NCBI GenBank assembly: GCA_951406725.2
Contig: OX597819.1
Coordinates: 116,870,001-116,934,000, forward strand
DNA length: 64,000 bases
Reading direction: 5' to 3'
Source of the DNA: Octopus vulgaris
Lineage: Eukaryota
In this document: piece after piece, positions 1 to 11,895 of the stretch
How positions within the stretch are numbered: the first letter of the stretch is position 1
Layout: each line of letters begins with the position of its first letter
Notes under the pieces: model-generated
Told to the model about the DNA's origin: nothing
The model's input: the letters and a program-made list of their open reading frames with translations, nothing else
Databases searched by the model: none
Program-made: the position numbers and the translations under genes

Positions 1-493
1 AATGGTCATGAATGATAGTGTACACAGACCCGGTACTAATCTTGACCTCTTGGGCCATTTGGCGAATAGTTATGCGTTGACCTTCCAAAATGGCAGCCTC
101 AACTTGACGGACAGACGTCTCATCAACGGCAGAAGGGGGCGACCAGATCTGGGAGCTGTTTCCACAGAGTTCCGACTATGTTTGAATTCACAATGCCAGC
201 GTTTTACAAGGTCATATGATGGGGCATCATCACCATAAGTTACTTTCATTTCATCAAAAGTCTCCCGTGGTGTGCGTCCTTTCAAATACAAAAACCAGAC
301 CACTGCTCGACACTCAACAGGCTCCATTTCACACTTGACTCAGTTCAAACACCTGTAAATCAGAAACCACAATAAGTTCAGAGCTGTAATTCGCCACTTA
401 ATCTATAGAGGTATAAATAAATGCACATGCAAAATTTAAGCTAGATCAAACAACTGCAAGTGGGTCAGGGGCATTACTTATTGAACGCTCCTC

Positions 494-496
<3 letters not shown>
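1..496 (-). mobile_element. Mariner (Tc1/mariner) DNA transposon, 5' end with TIR and frameshifted transposase N-terminus; continues off the window
   Basis: The minus ORF 70-327 (RAVVWFLYLKGRTPRETFDEMKVTYGDDAPSYDLVKRWHCEFK...PRSGRP) is the mariner HTH region. After a frameshift it continues as VEAAILEGQRITIRQMAQEVKISTGSVYTIIHDH. The terminus reads TA-CGAGGAGCGTTCAATAAGTAATGCCCC on the minus strand (~467-496) and abuts (TA)n. Confidence 0.9.
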
Positions 497-550
<54 letters not shown>

Positions 551-591
551 TATATATACACATATATACATATTTATGCAGGTATATATAT

Positions 592-857
592 ATTTGTGGT
601 GCAAGATTTTTTTATGTGAATTCGTGTGTTGAAACAGATATTGTTATATATTCGGAATGGTCATTTTGCCAGTTTAACCAATACAAACACACGCACTATA
701 TATTTGGTGTTATTTTGCTTCAGTGTTATTTATTTTTTACGTTAATCTTAGTCTTATTTCGGTCAGAGTTCTTTCGTCACACTCCTGTGACCGCATCAGT
801 AGTCCTTTGTTTTCTTCTTTCTTATTTGTGTCTCTCCTTACTAACCGTCAGCCATTT

Positions 858-860
<3 letters not shown>
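592..860 (-). mobile_element. Penelope-like element 3' UTR/pLTR fragment with hammerhead-like motif (761-805)
   Basis: Nearly the same sequence as 59985-60250, which lies downstream of a GIY-YIG ORF. Flanked by (TA)n on both sides. Confidence 0.8.
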
Positions 861-1069
<209 letters not shown>

Positions 1070-1249
1070 ATAAATTAAATAGTGATATTAATTGGTATCC
1101 TAACAGTATATTTGCATTGTAATATAACATAATATGCTATGTATATGATATATAAGATGACATAAAAAGTTATTAAACAAACAAAAGAAAAACTGTCATT
1201 TATTTCGACTTATATATATTATTTAATTTCTAGGCAATTCTTATCCCTA

Positions 1250-1398
1250 AATTTCATTATTAACATTCGACGGATATTATTTGTCCCCATCTTGTTTATT
1301 GTTAACAGAAAGTTTCGGCTGATGTACCCTGCAGTCTTCTTCAGGTGTCTTGGGGAAATTTCGAACCTGGGTCCTCATTCCTAAGGTATTCTTCGATG

Positions 1399-1472
<74 letters not shown>

Positions 1473-1586
1473 ATTAATATTATTATTATTATTGTTGCTG
1501 TTGTTGTCGTTGTTGTTGTTCAGGTCACTGCTTGGAATCGAACTCGGAATTTTGGGGTTATAGCACGTATCTTAAACACTACGCCT
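1250..1586 (-). mobile_element. tRNA-headed SINE with internal (AAC/AAT)n and a hammerhead-bearing tail
   Basis: The minus strand reads GGCGTAGTGTTTAAG...GAGTTCGATTCC (A and B boxes), then the microsatellite, then a tail containing acac-CTGAAGA-a-gactg...cagcc-GAAAC. The tail is homologous to 50385-50505 and 51951-52135. Confidence 0.75.
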
Positions 1587-2124
1587 TTTGTACATAAGTC
1601 TCTTCAGGATTTCGGTTCAAAAGACAGGAAATTCCGCCTGAAAGAACGGCCAGATTAAAAAAAAAATTGACTGGAATATCTACTATATAAGTATAGTTAA
1701 AAAGAAAATTAGAACAGATAAAATAATGACATTATTTTATTTATTGTTTGTAATCAGTGGGATTCAACTCCCGAATTTTATAATTGGATTAATTACACAC
1801 CCCTTTGAAGGAACTTCTGTCATTAGTTTGTTACATATATGATATATATATGTAGCTATATCAAACTCCATTCTTCACCAAGTGTCACATATTAGACGAG
1901 GTTCTTCGCAATAACAGTGTAGCACAAAACGGCGGTGCATCAGCATGGCCGCAGCTCTGAGCGGAAACTAGAGAGAATATATATATATATATATAAAGAT
2001 AAGATCGTTAATTTACAATAAAATAACGATTTTATCAAGTAGTCAGCATGGAAAAAATAACATTCAAATGTAATAATTATTAAAAATATAAATTAGGGTA
2101 TTTACGAGATACCCTAATTTATAA

Positions 2125-2790
2125 TCTATATATTTAAAACTCAACTTGTGTGTCTGTGTGTGAATCTGTGTGTGTGTCTGTGTGTTTAACTTCCCGGCAC
2201 ATCTCCTCCTAGCCAATAAATCGTAGAACCACCAAAAATAGGTCACTTAAAGTTTAGGCGAACGAAAATTGAACTGCGCTATTTCTGTTCCGAAATTCAT
2301 CTCGCATGTGCAAAAATCGATAGTGTGTTTGTTTAGGCCTTATCCCATGCATTGAATAGTGAAGTTTACTCAGTCAGCTGTTTGATGGGAACTGTGTTAA
2401 CCACGCGTGCAAGCATGCGTCAGTTGCATGAAAAATAAAAAAAGATCAAGATATTAAAACGAATCGCCGTAAACATTGTAGAAATTCGGCAAAGAAATGA
2501 ATTTTCGGGATGTAGCCTGGAGGGTTTTCTTCGTATAAATCGTTTGGACTTTGTGAACACATACCAATCGTTTTCATAACATTTTTAACGCTTTGAATGA
2601 AATGTGACCATTTTGCGTTGAGTCTGCAGTTTGAATCACTTTAACCAAATTTTAGCTGGCCGGATTTTTGATCATCACGTTACATCGCCAGCGACTACCT
2701 GAAACTCTCCCCTGAAATCCCCGTTGAGAAATCTATATATATAAAACTCAACTTGTGTGTCTGTGTGTGTGTCTGCGTGTTTAACTTTTG
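2125..2790 (+). mobile_element. Helitron-like non-autonomous element with its 5' end duplicated at 2732-2790
   Basis: Starts a|TCTATATAT..AAAACTCAACTTGTGTGTCTG at both 2125 and 2732, resembling the 5' ends of the Helitrons at 2838 and 9563. No CTAG 3' end seen. Confidence 0.5.
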
Positions 2791-2837
2791 GATCTACAAA
2801 GTTTCATTATTAAGGATGGAAAGTAGAGTGTAGCAAA

Positions 2838-2902
<65 letters not shown>

Positions 2903-3276
2903 CTGAAGTTGTCTGTGTATGACATGTTTGGTAGCCTTCAACTAACACTATCTCCTTCGAGACCCTGCAGCGCAAGTTGACCAAAATTGAGAATATGATA
3001 GACGAAAGCTTGCTCTTCATTCTGTAGAAGATAAAATTCAAATCGGACCATGTTAACACCAAAAATGTTTTACATCAAAAAGCTGCTTTTTTTCTATGAA
3101 AATCTCTATTTTTTACGATTTTTGACTGCTGTGTCACCATTTGTCGGTGTATTTCAACTGGAAAAATGTTCACTTGAAGAGAATAACAAGTTGCATAATG
3201 CAAAATTTTTACTTTTCAAAAATTCCAATTCTAAAGGGTCGAAACAAACCCAAGCAAGACTGGATGATCCTACTAG
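2838..3276 (+). mobile_element. Non-autonomous Helitron
   Basis: A|TC 5' end, degenerate subterminal hairpin (cccaagcaagactgga), CTAG|T 3' end, and no TSD. Confidence 0.75.
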
Positions 3277-3283
3277 TTTTATT

Positions 3284-3353
<70 letters not shown>

Positions 3354-3970
3354 GTGTGTGTGTGTGTGTGTATGTATGTGTGTATACATCACCATCGATA
3401 AAATATACTCCAACCAGTGAGACGTAATGCTTAACAAAAAGAAGATTAAAATGACTGTACTATTCGTCGCGTGAGTGTGAAGATACAGGAGTTGAACAAT
3501 TCTTTTTTTGGTCGACCGATTTGCATATTAAACACATTCCTGACAATTAAAATATCCAAGAATATTCACATTCTTGCACATTTCAATTGCTGGTAGGGAC
3601 GCATATATGGTTTTCTGTCCACAATATTCGACTCAGTCTGTTTTGCCGTTGAGAACAAGCAAGAAAGTACAATGTGAAAGAATTAGACGAAATTAGTGAT
3701 GTGAGAAAAATGAAAAATAAACATACAGAGAAAAGGAAAGCAGTGCATGTCTTTAGCCCATTGAAATAGTAATTGAAATGGTTGGTGTGTTTTATTCATT
3801 GGCGAAAGACTTAATGCTTAATCCAGAGCGGGTTCTGTTATCAAGTTCAGTAATGGAAACTTCTCCAGATGGTTAGATTTAAAACACCATTTCGGATACA
3901 GAATTCAGTAGGTCGGTAGAATTCTTAGATCTAAAAAGGATATATATAAACGCCTGCTGGGTTCGGCTGC

Positions 3971-4013
3971 TCTGCATTGATAAGGGGCAAATACCCTGAA
4001 ACTAGTCTGCAGA
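3971..4013 (+). ncRNA. Minimal type I hammerhead ribozyme with U3-A8 core variant
   Basis: tctgca-TTGATAA-gggg(caaata)ccct-GAAAC-ta-GTC-tgcaga. Stem I is a perfect 6 bp and is extended by 3955-3968 pairing with 4015-4027. Predicted cleavage after C4007. Confidence 0.8.
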
Positions 4014-4211
4014 TGCCTGACCCGCAGGGGGAAGCAGCTGACCTCCCCTGTTGGAAGGTTATAATGGACACAGGTTCGTGTGTCACATAGCTAGCTAGAG
4101 GCGATAGCCGCTTGGAGCTAATCAACGGCAGCATCCATCCTATATTTCTGGACTGCCAAATTAGCTTGGCGATAACTATTGATATATATATATATAAGTT
4201 ATATATAAAAG

Positions 4212-4542
4212 ATGGCTCAGTGGTTAGAGCGTCGAGCTTACGATCGTGAGGTTGTGAGCTCGAATCCCGGACCGGGCTGCGTGTTGTGTTCTCGAGCAAG
4301 GCACTTTATTTCACGTTGCTCCAGTTCACTCAGCTGTAGAAATGAGTTGCGACGTCACAGGTGCCAAGCTGTATCTGCTGTTGCCTTTCCCTTGGGTAAC
4401 ACTGGTGGTGCGGAGAGGGAGGCTGGTATGCATGGGCGACTGCTGGCCTTCCATAAACAACCTTGCCCGGACTTGTGTCTAGGAGGGTAACATTCTAGGT
4501 GCAATCCCATGGTCATTCATGACCGAAGGGGGTCTTTACCCT
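4212..4542 (+). mobile_element. tRNA-derived SINE (family S1)
   Basis: A box TGGCTCAGTGG, B-box-like GCTCGAATCC, and TSD ttatatataaaag on both sides. Second copy at 7878-8181. Confidence 0.9.
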
Positions 4543-5431
4543 TTATATATAAAAGTTATACCAGTCTTGCATTTCCTTGATACAGGCCATTAATCTAAGA
4601 TGAGCATCATTCCATGATATTCTACTCTAAGATGTGAAGTGTTTTGTTGGCATTCAGGTCCCGGATATGGCTGTCGGAGAAGAAATATATCGGCATATTT
4701 TTTTAACTTTATTTTCGCATCAACCATCATAATTTTTCTATTGAGCTTCGCTATTTGAAACACTGGAGTGACTTCAGCGTCGCAAAACTCTGAGCTAGCC
4801 ATTCATGGCTGGTTGAGTGAGAAATTTCAATAGGTTGCTACATTTACAAACATGGAGGAAGCACATGGTGTGGTGCATGTGTGACCTCACCAGGTGCCTT
4901 CTTCACTACTCACAGGCGTTCGCAGTGTGAAGCTATTGGTTCAATCAATTTGCATATTAAACAGATTCCTGACAATTAAAATATACAAGAATATTCACAT
5001 TGTTTCACATTGCAATTGCTGTTAGGAAAGCATGTATTGTTTTCCGAACATAATATACGACCAAATATATTAAAGTTTTATAAATCAATACTCTGTTCTA
5101 CATTTTGTATTAGCAACGAGATACAATCACTTGTAAGTTATCTCCAATTAGTTTGTATTGAAGCAATATGTTCGTGTATGGGTAACGGATAAACCGTGGT
5201 GGTGAATAAGAAACAATAACCCATGCTTATAATCCCATTATCTATTTGTCTGTCTGTCATTGTAGTTTTTACATAGACGATCCCTAAATTAGTGACAGAA
5301 CAAAGTACCAGTTATAATAAAATAAGAACAGTTAAACATTTCAAGGGGTTGCAATATGGACGCAGTCCAGTCTTTACAACAATTAAAAGTGGAAAAGTCT
5401 GTTTCTTTCTCTCTACATATACATGAATGTG

Positions 5432-5600
5432 AGTGGTTGTGTGGTAAGTAGCGTGCTTACCAACTACATCGTTCCATGTTCAGTCCCACTGCATAGCACC
5501 TTGGGAAGATGTCTTCTACTATAGCTTCGGGCCGACCAAAACTTGTGAGTGGATTTGGTAGACAGAAACTGAAAGAAGCCCGTCGTATATATGTATATAA

Positions 5601-5641
<41 letters not shown>

Positions 5642-5946
5642 CATGTGAAGGCACTTAGCTTAGGGGTTAAGTTATTCGGCTTGCGATCGTAGGGTCGCGA
5701 TGTCGATTCCTGGCGAGGTGTTGTGTCTTTGTACAAGACAGTTTATTTGAAGGGACCAGCTTCGTCACACTCCGTGTCACGAGGAATCTCCGTGAGAAGT
5801 ATATGAAGGGGTAGGCGTATCTGTTCAGTGCTCAGCCAATTGCACGTTAATAACATAAGCAAGCTGTTCTGTTGATGGGAACAACCGGAACCCTCGTCGT
5901 CGTATGCAACCGAGTGCCATTTATACATACATATATGTATATATAC

Positions 5947-6003
<57 letters not shown>

Positions 6004-6097
6004 TATATACATACATATATATACATATATATATATACATATATAAACATATATATATTCATATATGTATATATATATATATATGTATATATATATG

Positions 6098-6128
<31 letters not shown>

Positions 6129-6196
6129 GTATATATATATATATGTATATATATGTTTATATATGTATGTATTTATATGTATATACATATATATAC

Positions 6197-6243
<47 letters not shown>

Positions 6244-6247
6244 TATG

Positions 6248-6280
<33 letters not shown>

Positions 6281-6480
6281 ATGCATGTGTTTGTGTTTGG
6301 TTGTTCAGCTGCGTGTGTGTGTATGTCTTTTAGTTTATGGGTTTCTCCACTACCGTTTCAGAACCAATGTAGTTTCGTTTAAGTTCCTGTAGTTTAGCGA
6401 TAGAAAGTACCTGGAATGATAAAATAAATGACATGAGCAATTTGTTCGACTAGTGTCTTCAGGGTTTGCGACATTATAGT
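5432..6480 (+). mobile_element. Abundant tRNA-derived SINE (family S2), split by a nested SINE and microsatellites
   Basis: The 5' half (5432-5590) and a degenerate 3' half (~6340-6480) match the copy at 14531-14882. Confidence 0.75.
5647..5920 (+). mobile_element. tRNA-derived SINE (family S3)
   Basis: tRNA-like head followed by a tail (ctcagccaattgcacgttaat...) shared with the minus copy at 23032-23211. Confidence 0.7.
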
Positions 6481-7231
6481 CTCAGCACATCATTGAAAAG
6501 GATGAAAGTAAAATTAAAAAGTTTCTCTCTCTTTGCCTGTCTGCCTGTCTGCCTGTCTGTCTGTATGTCTCCCTATAGGATGCGTACGAGAGAGTAAGTG
6601 CAGGTTATCAATACATCAGAAAAAACGACACCTTGGCCATCTCATGTGACAGAAAAATATTTTCCAGTAGCTTTCAGCTTATGTGTGGACAATATTTCCA
6701 TCGACCTCTGCTGGACCTGCAAGAAAGAAAAAAACAACAACCAAAGAAAAATAACCAAAACGAAAACTAACGTGTTCAATTTGTGTTATAAGCAATGAAA
6801 CGTCTTCATGTTTCTATTCACTTCTGCTGTTATTACACCTTTGTAAATGTAGCTTCTATCTGACCTCATCACAAGGTCACGCGTAAGCCGTATTTCGAAC
6901 AAGTTCCTTTGTTTCTTTCCTCTCGTTCTATATACTGAATTATTTTCACTTGCCCTTATTTCCTTTTAAATGCGAAAAACTAATCATGAGACGTGTGTCA
7001 GAAACCAAGAAACCTAATATAGAAAGAGGAATATAATATTCCGTATGAAGACCGCCCTGAAGTGTGAAAAGGAGAGTCTGCTCCAAGGATAAAGAGATTA
7101 CAACTGTATTGGAACACCTAGAACCAACGAAAACATATTATCATATACACAAAAATCTTAAGTACGTATATATTATAAAAATGCACATACATACGCTGTC
7201 AGACATACATATACACGCAGATATACGCATG

Positions 7232-7355
<124 letters not shown>

Positions 7356-7369
7356 GTATATATATATAG

Positions 7370-7591
7370 TGAGAGTTTACGAAAAATACAAAAGACGAAG
7401 ACAGGTGGTGTACAAAACAAACAGATGTATTAGTATAACGTTCGGGAATAGAAAAAAATATTTTACGTTTCGAGCCTACGCTCTTCTACAGAAAGGAACA
7501 CAGAAAAAACAAGGAGAGAAACAAGGAGAGAAAAAAGGAGAGGAAAAAGGAGAGAAAAAAATGTGTGTAGTGGCTAACGATCTATCATGTC

Positions 7592-7592
<1 letters not shown>
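7370..7592 (-). mobile_element. Short PLE-tail-like repeat with minimal hammerhead-like motif (7461-7494)
   Basis: Minus strand ttt-CTGTAGA-a-gagc(gtag)gctc-GAAAC-GTA-aaa. Homologous to 13230-13400, 20070-20270, 35540-35700 and 56460-56640. Confidence 0.7.
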
Positions 7593-7629
<37 letters not shown>

Positions 7630-7634
<5 letters not shown>

Positions 7635-8265
7635 TATATCTCTATTACTTGTTTCAGTGATTTGACTGCGGCTTGCTGCAGTACCGTCTTTAGTCGAACA
7701 AATCGGCCCAGGCTGTATTCTTTGTAAGCCTAGTACATATTATATCGGGCACTTATGCCGAGTCGCTAAGTTATGGGGACGTAAACACACCAACATCTGT
7801 TGTCAAGCGATGGTAGGGGGACAAACACAGACACAAATACATACATTTATATATATATATATATATATATGCCAGTGAAGGCGCATGGCTCAGTGGTTAG
7901 AGCGTCGAGCTTACGATCGTGAGGTTGTGAGCTCGAATCCCGGACTTTATTTCACGTTGCTCCAGTTCACTCAGCTGTAGAAATGAGTTGCGATGTCACT
8001 GGTGCCAGGCTGTATCAACCTTTGTCTTTCCCTTGGATAACACTGGTGGCGTGGAGAGGGGAGGCTGGTATGCATGGGCGACTGCTGGTCTTCCATAAAC
8101 AACCTTGCCCGGACTTGTGTCTAGGAGGGTAACTTTCTAGGTGCAATCCCATGGTCTGTGTCGTGACCGAAGGGGGTCTCTGATATATATATATATATAT
8201 ATACACGACTGTCTGCTTTCAGTTTTCGTCTACCAGATCGATTGACAAGGTTTTGGTCGGTCCGG
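7630..8265 (-). mobile_element. SINE S2 copy with a nested S1 SINE (7878-8181, + strand) in its internal microsatellite
   Basis: S2 3' part at 7630-7830 and 5' part at 8205-8265. The nested S1 matches 4212-4542 apart from an internal deletion. Confidence 0.8.
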
Positions 8266-8269
8266 AAAC

Positions 8270-9020
8270 GTTGCCGAGATTGATGTCTCAGAGGTTTCCC
8301 TCGAGGTTTCCCAAGTGGCGTCCCGTTTGATCGATGTACTGAGAAGGGTAGAAACAGCAGGGGATGTAGTAAATGACGTGGTTAGAAGTGCAGGTGACGG
8401 AGTTAGTGATATGATAAGGACAATGATGTGAGGATGGTGGTGTTGGATAGCGCCAAGTGCGGCAGCGTTTGCTGGAGCAGGGGAACGAGCCGTGTTGGGA
8501 GGTGGGGTTAGGGAAGAAATTGTGAACCAGCTGGCCATGTAGATTGTGAGTTCGTTTGAAGGAGGGGAGGGGTAGGCTGGATGGCTCGGAGAATGGTGCG
8601 TTCCAGAGGCAGGGTGGAGAGGTGGAGAGTCAGGGTGAGTGTAAACGGGAGACGGGTAACGGTGGGGCTGGTGCAGGGAGAGACAGCATATGCACGGTCC
8701 ACGGGACGTACTCTGGCAGTGGCGGTGCGGATAATAGTGAGGGGATATCCACGAAGGATGAAGTGGCGAGCCATGGTTTGATACTGAGTCTCAATCATGG
8801 ATGTCACTGTAGAACCTGCGCAGACGGAGGAATTGGGGTGGGGATGGAAAGGTTGGTGCTGTTAATTTGAGGTAGAAGTATGAGTCAGTGTTTGTCTGGT
8901 GGATGGAGGGGGAGAGAGTGGAGTGATGTATGATGACCAAAATGTCGGGAAATGTGATGGAAGTGTGGAAAATTGTTTCCGGAGAATTCGAGGGCAAGAT
9001 GGAAATATTGGACAAAAGGG
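8270..9020 (-). mobile_element. Degenerate Penelope-like retroelement (RT C-terminus/thumb plus GIY-YIG)
   Basis: Frameshifted peptides TDSYFYL...PQFLRLRRFYSD and MARHFILRGYP, and in another frame NHVIYYIPC...YIDQTGRHL, all typical of PLE thumb and GIY-YIG regions. Confidence 0.85.
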
Positions 9021-9050
9021 AGGAAGTAGTCTATGCGCGCGCGTGTGTGT

Positions 9051-9093
<43 letters not shown>

Positions 9094-9176
9094 TTCTTGT
9101 ATCAGAGTGTGAATGCGCGTTGTGATTAGACATGAAATGAGTGAATTCTTAAAAAGCTGGAGCAATTTATTAAGAT

Positions 9177-9563
9177 CTAGCAGTATCGCCCGGCGTTGCT
9201 CGGGTTTGTAAGGGAAATAACTATATAAACATTTTTAGAGATGTAAAGTATAATAGCCATCTCAATATGGCTAACTACAAAGGGGGTGGTTACTGTAGCT
9301 TTTTACGTTCTGAGTTTTAATAATTTTTAGAGAGTTACTTCCCTTATATATGCTATAAATGCATTAAAAATGGGAAAAATTATGGTAAATTATTTTTTAA
9401 ATCGTAGACTCATCGTAGACGCGCGCTAATACCCAGAAGGGCTCGATATGAATCACGACTATAAGATATTCAGTTTTGGTTAAACTGCACCGCAAAATGT
9501 GGGAGTAGTTAGGAATCTAGATCGTAAGAGTCAGGCACACAACTTCACTTTGATATATAAAGA
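9177..9563 (-). mobile_element. Non-autonomous Helitron
   Basis: The minus strand begins A|TCTTTATATATC and ends with hairpin cccgagcaacgccggg followed by CTAG. Confidence 0.8.
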
Positions 9564-9897
9564 TATAGACATCTAGAAGAACAAGCTAAATTGTAAATAG
9601 AAGAAGAAATAGAAACCTGTGAGAAGTATATAAATTATCAGTAACAAATATTCAACATATATAATGAACGTGCCCTAGTGACTTACTCGTAAAATTGCAA
9701 CAGATATTTGACACATCAAAATATTAAAAGAAAATTGAATATAGCAGGTTTTGTGTAATCTTAAAATAGTTCTCCCAGAATATCATTTCTTAAGCGCAAT
9801 CGTAATATCTCTGATGAAATCAATACAAGTGTAGATCGCCTCCGTATTTAATACACATAAACACGCTCACATGCGCATATAGTGGTATGTGTGTATG

Positions 9898-9942
<45 letters not shown>

Positions 9943-9957
9943 TAGAGGAAAACCACT

Positions 9958-10120
9958 CTTATGCTAGAAATAGATCCGCTATGGTCTTAGCACTAAGAGA
10001 TGTTCTCCAGAAAAATCTTGCAAAACAACCAAAACGTAATTAAATTTGTTTGTTTTGCTAAATTATACTTGAGAACATTTCTTAGTGGTAAGACCATAGC
10101 GGATCTATTTCTAGCATAAG
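9958..10120. repeat. Inverted repeat with ~50-bp arms
   Basis: 9958-10007 is the reverse complement of 10071-10120 with few mismatches. The insert is bounded by (TA)n. Confidence 0.9.
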
Positions 10121-10259
10121 GGTGTCCACAGAGAGGATTTTCACTCTTATATGTATATAATAAAATTTTACTGAGCCTTCATTTTTTTTAATATGCGACA
10201 CCACTGGTGTGAAATCGATGTTAATTAAATTAAAATCTAATTTCTTACCCTCACTTTAA

Positions 10260-10660
<401 letters not shown>

Positions 10661-10677
10661 TGATATATTATCAAGAC

Positions 10678-10803
10678 GCGTAAGGGTACAGGAAAGCATC
10701 AACATGCTCGAAATATGAGCTAAATTCTTAACTAAACCAGGTAATTTAATTAAGTCTTTAGCTCTTATTTCGAGTAGGTTGATGCTCTTCTGTCTCTTTA
10801 CGC
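10678..10803. repeat. Imperfect inverted repeat
   Basis: gcatcaacatgctcgaaatatgagctaaa pairs with tttagctcttatttcgagtaggttgatgc. Confidence 0.75.
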
Positions 10804-10994
10804 TTCGTGTTAATTTGTATATTATAGCTTAATAATGTTATTTGCCTGTGAACCACCTATGTTACTACTGCTCATACCATCAATTCTAAATTTTATCCAC
10901 ATATGGTATTAAGAGTAGGAATATCTTATTTTAAACCTTCGATTTTGAATGTTATGTTCATATATATCTCTATATATATTCTTTTATTTATTTA

Positions 10995-11300
10995 ATTTTT
11001 TGCTTCCGCTATTTGACTGCAGTTATGATGGAGCACCAAATTACAGAGTTTTTAGGCGAATAAATCGATCCCAGGACTTATTATTAGTAAACCAACTACT
11101 TATTCTATCGGTGTATTTGGCAGAACGGCTAAGTTACGGGGACATAAACATCCCAACATCGGTTGTCAAGTGCTGATATGGTGACAAACACAGACCCAGA
11201 AATACATACATTTCTATATAATCCACTCGAAAGGCGTAAGTCGGCCCGAGGCTATAGTAGAAGACAATTGTCATTCTTACCTGACAGCCACACCTGCGCC
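10995..11300 (-). mobile_element. SINE S2, degenerate
   Basis: Homologous to the reverse complement of 14531-14882. Confidence 0.75.
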
Positions 11301-11483
11301 TAATACACACACAATCGATTTTTAATTAGCCTCTATTATTTCAAAAATCGTAAAATTTCGGCATTTTTCGTACTATCCATCGTGACATCAATTTAACGAA
11401 CAATTCCGAAATTTGACGAAAAATGTTTCACGGATATAAACAGACAGCTTATTAACGGCAAGCTATTTAGCATTTGCGAATTT

Positions 11484-11895
11484 GGATCTTTTCTGTTTCA
11501 ACGGCAGTTTTTAAAAAATATTTTCCACGTGACTAAACACTTTTAAACTTCGTATACTGGTAGAATGTGTTTACAAAACATCTTTTTTCTCTTGGCTTTA
11601 TTGAGAAAATTCTATCGTTTGTAAGATATTTATTGTTTTTTTCTTCAATTTCTGCAATTTCAACCAATCAGTGACGTGTATTGAGGAGAAAACATTCTGT
11701 GCCGTATGAACATGCCCCTCGTTTAAGAAACAGATTGGGTTTATTTACATTTCTGAAGAAAAAAAGATACCCTTTCCCCCACCCACTAACCCTAAAACAG
11801 ATTGAAATGCAATAGATCGATACTAGTGTCATAATTATGGGTGACAATTTCATATGACACCGCTAGAAAAACTGCCGTTCAAACCGAATAGATCC
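11484..11895. mobile_element. MITE with ~28-bp imperfect TIRs
   Basis: GGATCTTTTCTGTTTCAACGGCAGTTTT ... AAAACTGCCGTTCAAACCGAATAGATCC, with a possible imperfect 8-bp TSD (gcgaattt/gctaattc). It interrupts one copy of a local duplication whose uninterrupted copy is ~12170-12340. Confidence 0.8.

Noticed and set aside
4212-4275. tRNA-like sequences at SINE heads (also 7880, 10368, 12470, 29620, 50601)
   Set aside because: They run into shared SINE bodies and lack a complete acceptor stem, so they are not tRNA genes.
9811-9840. Isolated CTGATGA
   Set aside because: No GAAA or stem architecture follows it.
11780-11797. Telomere-like ctaaccctaa
   Set aside because: Fewer than two units, inside a MITE.
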